A stretch of 64,000 nucleotides of DNA from Pristiophorus japonicus (Eukaryota). Below the pieces are notes generated by a model that worked only from the letters and a program-made list of their open reading frames with translations, did not search any database and was not told the DNA's origin. The position numbers and the translations under genes are program-made. Positions 37,093 to 50,299 of this stretch are shown piece by piece. Location of the stretch: the NCBI RefSeq assembly GCF_044704955.1, contig NW_027252668.1, positions 2,728,001-2,792,000 on the forward strand, written 5' to 3'. How positions within the stretch are numbered: position 1 is the stretch's first letter; every line of letters begins with the position of its first letter.

Positions 37093-38328
37093 GGAAATAT
37101 AGAAAATAGGTGCAGGAGTAGGCCATTCGGACCTTCAAGCCTGCACCGCCATTCAATAAGATCATGGCTGATCATTGCTTCAGTACCCCTTTCCTGCTTT
37201 CTTTCTATACCCCTTGATCCCCTTAAACGTAAGGGCCATATCTAACTCCCTCTTGAATATATCCAATGAACTGGCATCAACAACTCTCTGCGGCAGGGAA
37301 TTCCACAGGTCAACAACTCTCTGAGTGAAGAAGTTTCTCCTCATCTCAGTCCTAAATGGCTTACCCCGTATCCCCTGGTTCTGGATTTCCCGAACATCGA
37401 GAACATTCTTCCCGCACCTAACCTGTCCAGCCCCGTCAGAATCTTATATGTTTCTATGAGATCACCTCTCATCCTTCGAAACGCCAGTGAATAAAGGCCC
37501 AGTTGATCCAGTCTCTCCTCATATGATAGCCCAGCCATCCCTGGAATCAGTCTGGTGAACCTTCGCTGCACTCCCTCAATAGCAAGAACATCCTTCCTCA
37601 GACTAGGAGACCAAAACCAAACACAATATTCCAGGTGAGGCCTCACTAAGGCCCTGTACAATTGCAGTAAGACCTCCCTGCTCCTATATTCAAATCCCCT
37701 AGCTATGAAGGCCAACATACCATTTGCCTTCTTTACCACCTGCTGCACCTGCGTGCCCACTTTCAGTGACTGATGAACCATGATACCCAGGTCTCGTTGC
37801 ACCTCCCCTTTTTCTAGTCTGCCGCCATTCAGATAATATTCTGCCTTCATGTTTTTGCCCCCAAAATGGATAACCTCACATTTATCCACATTATACTGCA
37901 TCTGCTATGTAGTTGCCCACTCATCTAATCTGTCCAAGTCACCCTGCAGCCTCTTAGCGTTCTCCTCACAGCTCACACCACCACCCAGTTTAGTCTCATC
38001 CGCAAACTTGGAGATATTACACTCTATTCCTTCATCCAAATTGTTAATGTATATTGTGAAGAGCTGGGGTCCCAGCACTGAGCCCTGCGGCACCCCACTA
38101 GTAACTGCCTGCCATTCTGAAAAGGACCCGTTTATCCTGACTCTCTGCTTCCTGTCTGCCAACCAGTTCTCTATCCACGTCAGTACATTACCCCCAATAC
38201 CATACGCTTTGATTTTGTACACCAATCTCTTGTGCGGGACCTTATCAAAAGCCTTTTGAAAGTCCAAATACACCACATCCACTGGTTCTCCCTTGTCCAC
38301 TCTACTAGTTACATCCTCAAAAAATTCC
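37093..38328 (-). mobile_element. CR1 LINE, 5'-truncated
   Basis: ORFs 37341-37901 and 37905-38336(-) carry RT motifs. Confidence 0.93.
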
Positions 38329-38337
38329 ACATACAAA

Positions 38338-39990
38338 AAATTTGTTCACTCAGAGGGTTGTGAATCACTGGAGTTGGGATTTTAACCTGCATCTGTCAGT
38401 TTCTTGTATGTGAATCGTGGTGTTTTCTGTTTTTTTGTCAGTAATTTGTGGAGATTTACTTCGAGCTGGTGTGCTTGGCCAGCTCCCCGGGCAGTGCCAG
38501 ACTAATGCCCGTCTAGATGTGTGGACACAACCTGCACACGCCTAACTGTTAGAGGTTGCTGCCATCTCCTGGTTGAAAGTCAGTGCTGCAACAAGTGACA
38601 ATCATTCAGCAGAACACATTTTAAATTCCAGAGATCGCTCAGAACCATGTTTATGTTCAGCTTAAACTATTGCAAAGTATTTTATTGGTCCGGCTGAAAA
38701 CTCCAATCATTAAAAGCAGGTGGAGGCGCTCACCCAATTCTAGTGTGAACAGTGGGGTTAATCACTGAAATGGATTGCCCAGTAATGTCTATCCAACACT
38801 CAACCAAACGTGCCTTTGCAGAGCGGTCTACTGTGCTGGGGTTAATCATCGAGTGTGGGACAGACACTGCCTCTGTCACTCAGGTTGTGTGTGCTAATGT
38901 GGGATTAACTGGTCAGTGTAGGATAGATACTGTATCTGTCACTCTCTGGTACAGTGTGTCAGTGTGGGATTGACTGGGAGTATAGTAAAGACACTATCAT
39001 CACTGTCTGGTACAGTGTGTCAGTGTGGGATTGACAGGCACGTGTAAAAACAGAAAGCGATGCTTTCCCGCTTGATGCGTGTGATGGTGGTAGAGTGGTG
39101 AGCACAGTTGCCTTCCAAGCTAGTTGATCTGGGTTCAATTCACGGCCATAGGATAGAGTCAAATTTTAATCCACTTTCTGGGGAGGGAGGGAGGGAGGGA
39201 GGGAGAGATGGAGTTCGATCGATGATAAAGGCTCATCCACTGAAACAGTAACTCTGTTCCTCTCTCCACTGATGCTGCCTGACCCGCTGAGATTTACAGC
39301 AATTTCTTTATGATATACCAGTATTCATTTTCCTTTCTAACCGTCAATTATTGATATGGAATTGAGGGGACTACTTTGTATCTACCATTTTCAGCTTTGC
39401 GATTGTGGGTTTTAGTCTGTTTCTCTCAGTCTCTGGTACGTGAGCGAGAGTGTCGCTCTGTATCTATCTGTCTCCGGTATGTGCGTGTGGGCTTTACTCA
39501 TATCTAGCAGTGTCTGTTATGGGAGTCTGGATTTTATTCTGTACTTATCAGCTTCTGATTTATTATTGTGGGTCTTATGCTATAACTGCCACTTTTGACC
39601 TAATTCTGAGATGGTTTTCCTTTGAATCTGTCAGTCCCTGTTATGGGAGTATGTATCTGTCTCTGTGCTGTCAGTCTCCGGTATGGGAGTATGTATCTAT
39701 CGGTGTGCCGGTCAGTGTCTGGTATGGAAGAGAAGTTATTACGCTGTGCATGTCAATTACTGGTAAGTGAGGTTGGTAGTTACTCTGTATCTGTCAGTAT
39801 CTGTTATGAGATTGTGGGATTTACTCTGTACCTGTCAGTTTTTGGTAGGAGTGTGGGTTTTATTCTGCATCTATTGATTTCAAGTAAGGGAGTTAGTAAT
39901 TTACACTGTCATTCGCTGGTTTTATTTTACCAGGCAGTTTCTGGTATGCGAGAGTTGTTTTTATTTTGAATCTGTCCGTGTCTGATATGG
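38338..39990. repeat. Local duplication, copy 2
   Basis: Collinear with 34830-36900; includes an H2B remnant at ~38456-38520. Confidence 0.85.
39081..39153 (+). pseudogene. tRNA-Gly(TCC) pseudogene
   Basis: GTGATGGTGGTAGAGTGGTGAGCACAGTTGCCTTCCAAGCTAGTTGATCTGGGTTCAATTCACGGCCATAGGA. Confidence 0.75.
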
Positions 39991-40340
39991 GAGTATGTAT
40001 CTATCTCTGTGCCGACAATCTCTGGTATGGGAGTATGTATCCAACTCTGCGCCCGTCAGTGCCTGGTATGGAAGTATATGTCTAACTCTGTCCCTGTCAG
40101 TCTCTGGTATGGGAGTATGTATCTATCTGTGCCAGTTTGTCTGGTAAGGATGTTTCCAACAGTGTGCCTGTCAATCTCTGGTATGGGACTACATATCTAT
40201 CTCTGCGCAGTCAGTCTCTGGTATGAGAATATGTATCTATCTGTGTGCCTTTCCGTCTCTGGTATGGGAGTATGTATCTATCTGTGGTGTCACTTTCTGG
40301 CATGGGAGTATGTATCTAACTGTGTGCCTGTCAATATGTA
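39965..40340 (+). repeat. 41-bp satellite, subfamily 3
   Basis: Monomer motifs. Confidence 0.85.
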
Positions 40341-42102
40341 CATAAAAACATAGAAAATAGGTGAAGGAGTCGGCCATTTGGCACTAAGAGCCTGGACTGC
40401 CATTCAATAAGATCATGGCTGATCATTCCCTCAGTACCCCTTTCCTGCTTTCTCTCCATATCCCTTGATCTCTTTAGCCGTAAGGGCCATATCTAACTCC
40501 CTCTTGAATATATTCAATGAACTGGCATCAACAACTCTCTGCGGCAGGGAATTCCACAGGTTAACAAGTCTGAGTGAAGAAGTTTCTCCTCATCTCAGTC
40601 CTAAATGGCCTACCCCTTATCCTAAGACTGTGTACCCTGGTTCTGGACTTCCCCAACATCGAGAACATTCTTCCCGCACCTAGCCTGTCCAGTCCCGTCA
40701 GAATCTTATACGTTTCTATGAGATCCCCTCTCATCCTTCTAAACTGCAGTGAATAAAGGACCAGTTAATGCAGTCCCTCCTCATAAGTCAGTCCAGCCAT
40801 CCCTGGAATCAGTCTGGTGAACCTTCGCTGCACTCCCTCAATAGCAAGAATGTCCTTCCTCAGATTAGGAGACCAAAACTAAACACAATATTCCAGGTGA
40901 GGCCTCACCAAGGCCCTGTACAACTGCAGTAAGACCTCCCTGCTCCTATACGCAAATCCCCTAGCTATGAATGCCAACATACCATTTGCCTTCTTCACCG
41001 ACTTCTGTAACTGCATGCCAACTTTCAATGACTGATGAACCATGACACCCAGGTCTCGTTGCACCTCCCCTTTTCCTAATCTGCCGCCATTCAGATAATA
41101 TTCTGCCTTCGTGCTTTTGTCCCCAAAATGGATAACCTCACATTTATCCACATTATACTGCATCTGCCATGCATTTGCCCACTTACCTAATCTGTCCAAG
41201 TCACAGCTCACACCACCACCCAGTTTAGTGTCATCAGCAAACTTGGAGATATTACACTCAATTCCTTCATCTAAATCGTTAATGTATATTGTAAAGAGCT
41301 GGGGTCCCAGCACTGAGCCCTGCGGCACTCCATTAGTCACTGCCTGCCATTCTGAAAAGGACCCGTTTATCCCAACTCTCTGCTTCCTATCTACCAACCA
41401 GTTCTCTATCCACGTCAATACATTACCCTCAATATCATGTGCTTTGATTTTGCACACCAATCTCTTGTGCGGCACCTTGTCAAAAGCCTTTTGAAAGTCC
41501 AAATACACCACATCCACTGGTTTTCCCTTGTCCACTCTACTCGTTACATCCTCAAAAAAGTCTTGAAGATTCGTCAAGCATGATTTCCCTTTCATAAATC
41601 CATGCTGACTTGGCCCGATCCTGTCACTGCTTTCCAAATGCGCTGCTATTTCATCCTTAATGATTGATTCCAACATTTTCCCCACCACCGACGTCAGGAT
41701 AACCAGTCTATAATTCCCTGTTTCCTCTTTCCCTCCTTTTTTAAAAAGTGGTGTTACATTAGCTACCCTCCAGTCTATAGGAACTGATCCAGAGTCAATA
41801 GAATGTTGGAAAATGATCACCATGCATCCACTATTTCTAGGGCTACTTCCTTAAGGACTCTGGGATGCAGACGATCAGGCCCCGGAGATTTATTGGCCTT
41901 TAATCCCATCAATTTCCCTAACACAATTTCCCGCCCAATAAGGATATCCTTCAGTTCCTCCTTCTCGCTAGCCCCACTATCCCCGAATACATTCGGAAGG
42001 TTATTTGTGTCTTCCTTCGTGAAGACAGAACCGAAGTATTTGTTCAATTGATCTGCCATTTCTTTGTTCCTCATTATAAATTCACCTGAATCCGACTGCA
42101 AG
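40341..42102 (-). mobile_element. CR1 LINE, 5'-truncated
   Basis: ORF 40879-41823(-) RT domain; 3' tail near 40345. Confidence 0.93.
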
Positions 42103-42917
42103 TAACTTTCTCTGTGCCTGTCAGTTGCTGGTATGGGAGTATGTAGCAATCTGTGTGCCTGACAGTGTCGGGTATGGGAGTTTGTATCTAACTCTGTGCC
42201 CGTCAGTCTCAGGTATGGGAGTATGCGTCTATCACTGTATCTGTCAGTCTCTGATATGGGACTGCGTAACTATCTCTGCGCTGTCAGTGTCTGGTATGGG
42301 AGTACATATGTGTCTCTGTGCCTACAATCTCTGGTATGGGAGTACGTATCTGTCTCTGTGCCTGCACGATCTGGTACGGGAGTACGTATCTGTCTCTGTG
42401 CCTGTCAGTGTCAAATGTGGGAGTATGTATCTATCTCTATGCTTGTCAGTGTCTGGTATGGGAGTATGTATCTATCGGTGTGCTGTCAGTCTCTGGTTTG
42501 GGAGTATCGCCCCAGAAGAGGCGAGGGCCCAGAGGCAGCACGGGCCAGCCCACACTGCGATATGTGTGCGCACGATGTCCTTGCAGCAGAGGCGGTTTCC
42601 AGTCGCCTTGGTTAATCCTTGCCACTAGACCAAGACCTAGCTCTGTCAAGTCCGTGTGGTGGCTGGTGTGTAACGGCCACCACACGATAAAAAATTCCAC
42701 GCACAGGCATCTTCCACCCTTCAAGATTTAGTTCAGGACCTGGAATATTAGGTCCTTCATTCAAACACCTGTGAACTTTATGGTGTGGAAGCAAGTCATC
42801 CTCGACTTCAGGGACTGCCTATGATGATGATGGGAGTATGTACCTATCTCTGTGCCTGTCAGTCTCTGGTATAGGAGTATGTACCTATCTCTGTGCCTGG
42901 CAGTCTCTGGTATGGGA
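42103..42917 (+). repeat. 41-bp satellite, subfamily 3, with an internal retroposon insertion
   Basis: Monomer motifs. Confidence 0.85.
42508..42830 (+). mobile_element. Unclassified non-LTR retroposon 3' end with (ATG)n tail and 9-bp TSD
   Basis: TGGGAGTAT at 42499-42507 and 42831-42839; tail gactgcctatgatgatga. Confidence 0.7.
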
Positions 42918-44445
42918 CTATAGAAACATAGAAAATAGGTGCAGGAGTCGGCCTTTCGGCCCGTCGAGCCTACACCACCATTCAATAAGATCATGGCTGA
43001 TCCTTCACCTCAGTACCCCTTTCCTGCTTTCTCTCCATACCCCTTGATTCCTTTAGCCGTAAGGGCCATATCTAACTCTCTCTTGAATATATCCAATGAA
43101 CTGGCATCAACAACTCTCTGCGGTAGGGAATTCCACAGGTCAACAACTCTCTGAGTGAAGAAGTTTCTCCTCATCTCAGTCCTAAATGGCCTACCCCTTA
43201 TCCTAAGACTATGTCCTCTGGTTCTGGACTTCCCCAGTCTCTGGTATGGGAGTATGTATCTATCTCTGTGCCTGTCAGTGTCTGGTATGGGAGTATGCAT
43301 CTATCTCTGGGCCTGTCAGTCTCTGGTACGGGACATCCCCAACATCGGAAACATTCCTTCTGCAGCTAACCTGTCCAGTCCAGTCCTGTCAGAATTTTAT
43401 ATGTTTCCATGAGATCCCCTCTCATCCTTCGAAACTCCAGTAAATACGGGCCCAGTCGATCCAGTCTCTCATAAGAACATAAGAATTAGGAACAGGAGTA
43501 GGCCATCTAGCCCCTGAAGCCTGCTCCGTCATTCAACAAGGTCATGGCTCCTCATATCAGTCCAGCCATCCTGGGAATCAGTCTGGTGAACCTTCGCTGC
43601 ACTCCCTCAATAGCAAGAATGTCCTTCCTCAGATTAGACCACCAAAACTGCACACAATATTCCAGGTGAGGCCTCACCAAGGCCCTATACAACTGCAGTA
43701 AGACCTCCCTGTTCCGATACTCAAAACCCCTAGCTACGAAGGCCAACATACCATTTGCCTTCTTCACCACTTGCTGTACCTGCATGCCAACTTTCAATGG
43801 CTGATGTACCATGACACCCAGCTCTCGTTGCACCTCTCCTTTTCCTAATCTGCCGCCATTCAGATAATATTCTGCCTTCGTGTTTTTGCCCCCAAAGTGG
43901 ATTACGTCACATTTATCCACGTTGTACTGCATCCGTCATGCATTTGCCCACTCACCTAACCTGTCCAAGTCACCCTGCAGCCTCTTAGCGTCCTCCTCAC
44001 AGCTCACACCGCCACCCAGTTTAGTGTCATCTGCAAACTTGGAAATATTACACTCAATTCCTTCATCTCAATCATTAATGTTAATAGCTGGGGTCCCAGC
44101 ACTGAGCCCTCCGGCACCCCACTAGTCACTGCCTGTCATCTGAAAAGGACCCGTTTATCCCAACTCTCTGCTTCCTGTCTGCCAACCAGTTCTCTATCCA
44201 TGTCAGTACATTACCCCCAATACCATGTGCTTTAATTTTGCACACCAATCTCTTGTGTGGGACCTTGTCAAAAGCCTTTTGAAAGTCCAAATACACCACA
44301 TCCACTGGTTCTCCCATGTCCACTCTACTAGTTACATCCTCAAAAAATTACAGACGATTTGTCAAGCATGATTTCCCTTTCATAAATCCATGCTGACTTG
44401 GACCGATTCTGTCACTGCTTTCCAAATGTGCTGCTATTTCATCTT
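42918..44445 (-). mobile_element. CR1 LINE, 5'-truncated, with an inserted satellite block (43237-43330) and a nested CR1 tail (~43470-43548)
   Basis: ORFs 43552-43932 and 44126-44323(-). Confidence 0.9.
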
Positions 44446-45665
44446 TATCTATGTATCTATCTGTGTGCTGTCAGTGTCCGGTATGGGTGTATGTATCGAT
44501 CTCTATGCCTGTCAATCTCTGGTATGGGAGTGTGTATCTTTCACTGTGCCTGTCAGTGTCTGGTGTGGGAGTATTTATCTATCTCTATGCCGGTCAGTCT
44601 CTGGTACGGGAGTACGTATCTATCTCTGTGCCTGCTATTCTCTGGTATGGGAATATGTATTTATCTGTGTGCCTGTCATTTTCTGGTATGGGAGTATGTA
44701 TCTATCTCTGTGCCAGTCAGTGTCTGGAATGAGCATATATATCTATCTCTGTGCCTGCCATTCTCTGGTATGGGATTATGTATCTATCTGTGTGCCTGTC
44801 AGTATGTATCTCTCTCTGTCCCTGCCAGTGCCTGGTATGGGATTAAGTATCTATCTGTGTGCCCATCAGTCTCCGGTATGGGAGTATGTATCAATCTCTG
44901 TGCATGTCAGTCTCTGGTATGGGGGAATGTATCTATCTGTGTCTTTCATTCTCTGGTCTGGGCGTATGTACCTTTCTGTTTGCCAGTCAGTGTCACATAT
45001 GGCAGTATGTATCTATCTCTATGCCTGTCAATCTCTGGTATGGGAGTACGTATCTATCTTTGTGTCTTCCATTCACTGGTATGGGAGTAAGTATCTATCT
45101 GTGTGCCTGTCAGTTTCTGGTATGGGAGTATGCATCTATCACTGTGCCTGTCAGTTTCTGGTACCCGAGTATGTATCTATCTGTGTGCAAGACAGTCTCT
45201 GGTTTGGGAGTATTGCCCCAGAAGAGGCGAGGGCCCAGGGGCAGCATGGGCCAGCCCACACTGCAATATGTGTGCTCAATATGTCTTTGCAGCAGAGCTG
45301 GTCTCCAGTCATCTTGCCACTGGACCAAGACCTAGCTCTGTCATGTCCGTGTGGTGGCTGGTGTGCAACGGTCACCAAACATTAAAAAAATCCACGCACA
45401 GCAATCTTTCACCTTTTAAGATTTAGTTCGGGACCTAGAATATTATGTCCTTCATTGAAACACCTTTGAAATTTTTGGTGTGGAAGCAAGTCATCCTCGA
45501 CTCGAGGGACTACCTATGACGATGATGGTAGTATGTATCTATCTCCATGCCTGTCAGTCTCTAGTATGGGAGTATGTATCTATCTGTGTGCCTGTCAGTG
45601 TCCGATATGGGAGTATGTGTCTATCATTGCGCCTCTCACTCTCTGGTATGGGAATAAGTATCTAT
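44446..45665 (+). repeat. 41-bp satellite, subfamily 3
   Basis: About 22 monomers, interrupted at 45214-45525. Confidence 0.9.
45214..45525 (+). mobile_element. Second copy of the (ATG)n-tailed retroposon fragment
   Basis: Same 5' truncation point and flanks as 42508-42830. Confidence 0.7.
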
Positions 45666-46850
45666 TTCAAAAGGCTTTTGACAAGGTCCCGCACAAGAGA
45701 TTGGTGTACAAAATCAAAGCGTATGGTATTGGGGGTAATGTACTGACGTGGATAGAGAACTGGTTGGCAGACAGGAAGCAGAGCGTCGGGATAAACGGGT
45801 CCTTTTCAGAACGGCAGGCAGTTACTCGTGGGGTGCTGCAGGGCTCAGTGCTGGGACCCCAGCTCTTTACAATATACATTAACGATTTGGATGAAGGAAT
45901 TGAGTGTAACATCTCCAAGTTTGCGGATGACACTAAACTGGGTGGCGGTGTGAGCTGTGAGGAGGACGCTAAGAGGCTGAAGGGTGACTTGGACAGATTA
46001 GGTGAGTGGGCAAATACATGGCAGATGCAGTATAATGTGGATAAATGTGAGGTTATCCATTTTGGGGGCAAAAACACAAAGGCAGAATATTATCTGAACG
46101 GCGGCAGACTAGAAAAATGGGAGGTGCAACGAGACCTGGATGTCATGGTTCATCGGTCACTGAAAGTGGGCACGCAGGTACAGCAGGCGATAAAGAAGGC
46201 AAATGGTATGTTGGCCTTCATAGCTTGGGAATTTTGAATATAGGAGCAGGGAGGTTTTACTGCAATTGTACAGGGCCTTAGTGAGGCCTCACTTGGAATA
46301 TTGTGTTCACTTTTGGTCTCCTAATCTGAGGAAGGACGTTCTTGCTGCTGAGGGAGTGCAGCAAAGGTTCACCAGACTGATTCCAGGGATGGCTGGGCTA
46401 TCATATGAGGAGAGACTGGATCAACTGGGCCTTTATTCACTGGCGTTTAGAAGGATGAGAGGGGATCTCATATAGAAACACATAAGGTTCGGACGGGACT
46501 GGACATGTTAGATGCGGGAAGAATGTTCTCGATGTTGGGGAAGTCCAGAACCAGGGGCCATATTCTTAGGATAAGGGGTAGGCCATTTAGGACTGAGATG
46601 AGAAGAAACTTCTTCACTCAGAGAGTTGTTGACCTGTGGAATTCCCTGCCGCAGAGAGTTGTTTATGCCAGTTCATTGGATATATTCAAGAGGGAGTTAG
46701 ATATGGCTCTTAGGGTTAAGGGGATCCAGGGGTATGGAGAGAAAGCAGGAAAGGGGTACTGAAGGAATGATCAGCCATGATCTTATTGAATGGCGGTGCA
46801 GGTTCGAAGGGCCGAATGGCCTACTCCTCCACCTATTTTCTATGTTTCTA
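45666..46850 (+). mobile_element. CR1 LINE, 5'-truncated
   Basis: [10 protein letters not shown]...KFADD...RRNFFTQRVV; tttctatg tail. Confidence 0.93.
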
Positions 46851-47712
46851 TCTCTGTGCCTGTCATTCTCTGGTCTGGGAGTATGTATCTATCTCTGTGC
46901 CAGTCAGTGTCGGGTGTGGGAGTATGTATCCATCTGTGTGCTGTCAGTCTCCGGTATGGGACTATGTATCTGTGCCAGTCAGTGTCTGGTATGAGAATAT
47001 GTATCTATCTCTGTGCAAGTCAGTGTCTGGTGTGGGACTATATATCTATCTGTGCCTGGTATGCAGACATGTATCTATCACTGTGCCTGTCAGTCTCTGG
47101 TATGGGAGTATGTATCTATCTGTGTGCCTGTCAGTCTCTTGTATGGGAGTATGTATCTAACTGTGTGCCTGGCAATCTCAGGTATGGGAGTTTGTATCTA
47201 TCTCTGTGCCCGTTATTCTCTGGTATAGGAGTATGTGTATATCTCTGTGCTGTCAGTCTCTGGTGTGGGAGAATGTAACTATGTGTGTGTCCGGTGGTGT
47301 CCAGTATGGGACTATGTATCTATCCATGTGCCGATCAGTTTCTGGTAGGGAGTATGTATCTATCTCTGTGCCAGTCAGTCTCTGGTATGCAAATCTGTAT
47401 CAATCAGTGCTGTCGAGTCTGCTATGGGAGTAATAATCTATTCTCCGTGCCAGTCAGAGTCGTGAATGGGAGTATGTATCAGTCACTGTGCTGTCAATCT
47501 CTGGTATGGGAGTATGTATCTATCTGTGTGCTGGTCAGTATGTATCTATCTCTATGCTTGTCATGGTATGGGAGTATGTATCTATCTCTTGGCCTGTCAG
47601 TCTCTGGTATGGGAATAGGTATCTATTTCTGTGCCCATCAGTGTCTACTACGGGAGTGTATATCTATCTCTGTGCAAGTCTGTCTCTGGTATGGGAGTGT
47701 GTATCTGTCTAC
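46851..47712 (+). repeat. 41-bp satellite, subfamily 3
   Basis: Monomer motifs. Confidence 0.88.
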
Positions 47713-50105
47713 CTAAGAAATAGGAGAAAGAGTAGGCCATACGGCCCCTCGAGCCTGCTCCACCATTTAATATGATCATGCTTGATCCGTTCATGGACTC
47801 AGCTTCACTTCCCTCCGCGTGTCCCATAATCCCTTATCGGTTAAGAAATTGTCTTAAATTTATTCAATGACCCAGCTTCCACAGCTCTCTGAAGCAATGA
47901 ATTTACAACCCTCTGATATGAGGAAATTCCTCATCTCAGTTTTAAATGGGCTGCCACTTATTCTACAATTATGCCTGTAATATCTCCAAGTTTACAGATG
48001 ACACTAAACTGGGTTGCAGTGTGAGCTGTGAGGGGGACACTAAGATGCTGCAGGGTGACTTAGACAGGTTAGGTGAGTGGGCAAATGCATGGCAGATGCA
48101 GTATAATGTGGATAAATGTGAGCTTATCCACTTTGGGGGCTAAAACGCAAAGACAGATTATCTGAATGGTGGCAGATTAGGAAAAGGGGAGATGCAACGA
48201 GACCTGGGTGTCATGGTTCATCAGTCATTGAAAGTTGGCATACAGGTGCAGCAGGTGGTAAAGAAGGCAAATGGTATGTTGGCCTTCATAGCGAGGGGAT
48301 TTGAGTATAGGAGCAGGGAGGTCTTACTGCAGTTGTACAGGGCCTTGGAGAAGTCTCACCTGGAATATTGTGTTCAATTTTGTTCTCCTAATCTGAGGAA
48401 GGACATTCTTGCTATTAAGGGAGTGCAGCAATGGTTCACCAGACTGATTCCCGGACTGACATATGAGGAGAGACTGGATCAACTGGTCCTTTATACATTG
48501 GAGTTTAGAAGGATGAGGGGGGGATCTCAGAAACATAAAAGATTCTGACGGGATGGGACGAGACAGGTTAGATGCGGGTAGATTGTTCCCGATGTTGGGG
48601 AAGTCCAGAACCAGGGGACACAGTCTTAGGATAATGGGTAGGCCATTTAGGACTGAGATGAGGAGAAACTTCTTCACTCACGAGTTGTTAACCTGTGGAA
48701 TTCCCTGCTGCAGAGAGTTGTTGATGCCAGTTCATTGAATATATTCAAGAGGGAGTTAGATATGGCCCTTACAGCTAAAGGGATCAAGGGGTATGGAGAG
48801 AAAGCAGGAAAGGGGTACTGAGGGAATGATCAGCCATCAGAATGGTGGTGCAGACTCGAATGGCCAAATGACCTACTCCTGCACCTATTTTCTGTTTCTA
48901 TGCCCCCAAGATCTAGTCTCCCCTATCAGTTGAAACATCCTCTCTGCATCCACCTTGTCAAGCCCCCTCATAATCTTATACATTTTGATAAGATCACCTC
49001 TCTTTCTTCTCAATTCCAAGGAGTAGAGGCCAACGTTCCCTCATCAGTCAACCCCCTCATCTCCAGAATCAACCTAGTGAACCTTCTCTGAACTGCCTCC
49101 AAAACTAGTATATCCTTTCTTAAATATGGAAACCAAAACTGTATGCAGTATTCCAGGTGTGGCTTCACCAATATAACTGCAGCAAGACTTCCCTGCTTTT
49201 ATACTCCATCCCCTTTGCAATAAAGGCCAACATTCCATTGGCCTTCCTGATTACTTGCTGTACCTGCATACTAACCTTTTGATTTCATGCACCAGGACCC
49301 CCAGTACTGCAGCACTATGCAATTTTTCTCCATTTAAATAAGAACTTGTTCTTCAATTTTTTTCTGCCAAAGTGCATAACCTCACACTTTCCAACATTAT
49401 ACTCCATCTGTCAAATTTTTGCCCAATCACTTAGCCTGTCTGTCCTTTTGCAGGTTTTTTGTGTACTTATCACACACATCTTTTCCTCCCAACTTTGTAT
49501 CGTCAGCAAACTTGACGATGTTCTACTCGGTCTCTTCTTCCAAGTCGTTAATATAGAGTGTAAATAGTGGGGTCCCAGCACTGATCCCTGTGGCACCCCA
49601 CTAGTTACTGGTTGCCAACCCGAGAATAAACCATTTATCCCGACTCTCTAGTTAGCCAATCCTCTATCCATGCTAATATATTATCCTCAACCCGGTGAAC
49701 TTTTATCTTGTGCGGTAATCTTTTATGCGGCACCTTGTCAAATGCCTTCTGGAAGTCCAAATACATCACATCCACTGGTTCCCCTTTACCATCCTGTTCG
49801 TTACATCCTCAAAGAATGCCAGCAAATTTTTCAAACATGAATTCCCCTTCATAAATCCATGCCTGACTGAATTATGCTTTTCCAAATGTCCTGCTACTGC
49901 TTCTTTAATAATGGGCTCCAACATTTTCCCAACCACTGATGTTCGGCTAACTGGTCTATAGCTTCCTGCTTTTTGTCTGCCTTTTTTTAAATAGGGACAT
50001 TAAATTTGCAGTTTTCCAATCTGCTGGGACCTCCCCAGAATCCAGGGAATTTTGGTAAATAACAACCAATGCATTCCACTATCCCTGTCGCTACTTCTCT
50101 TAAGA
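47713..50105 (-). mobile_element. Old CR1 LINE split by a younger opposite-strand CR1
   Basis: 3' part at 47713-47975 and RT part at 48905-50105. Confidence 0.85.
47976..48900 (+). mobile_element. CR1 LINE nested insertion, candidate TSD TATGCC
   Basis: ORFs 47946-48738; tatgcc at 47970-47975 and 48899-48904. Confidence 0.88.
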
Positions 50106-50299
50106 CTCAGTACCTGTCAGTTTCTGATGTAAGAGTGTGGGTTTTATTCTGCATCTCTCAGTTTCTGGTCGATAAGTGTGGTGCTCAATATGTACCTGTC
50201 AGTATCTGGTTTCTGAGTGTGGATTAAAGCTGTAACTGTCAGTAATTGGTATGTGAGTGTTGGTTATATTCTGTACCCGCCAGTCTCTAGCACTAGAGC

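Noticed and set aside
44390-45385. 331-aa ORF and other Cys/Val/Tyr/Ser-rich ORFs (3253-4056, 36471-37245, 42125-42731, 46734-47775)
   Set aside because: These are translations of the stop-poor 41-bp satellite, open in several frames at once, with no domain structure.
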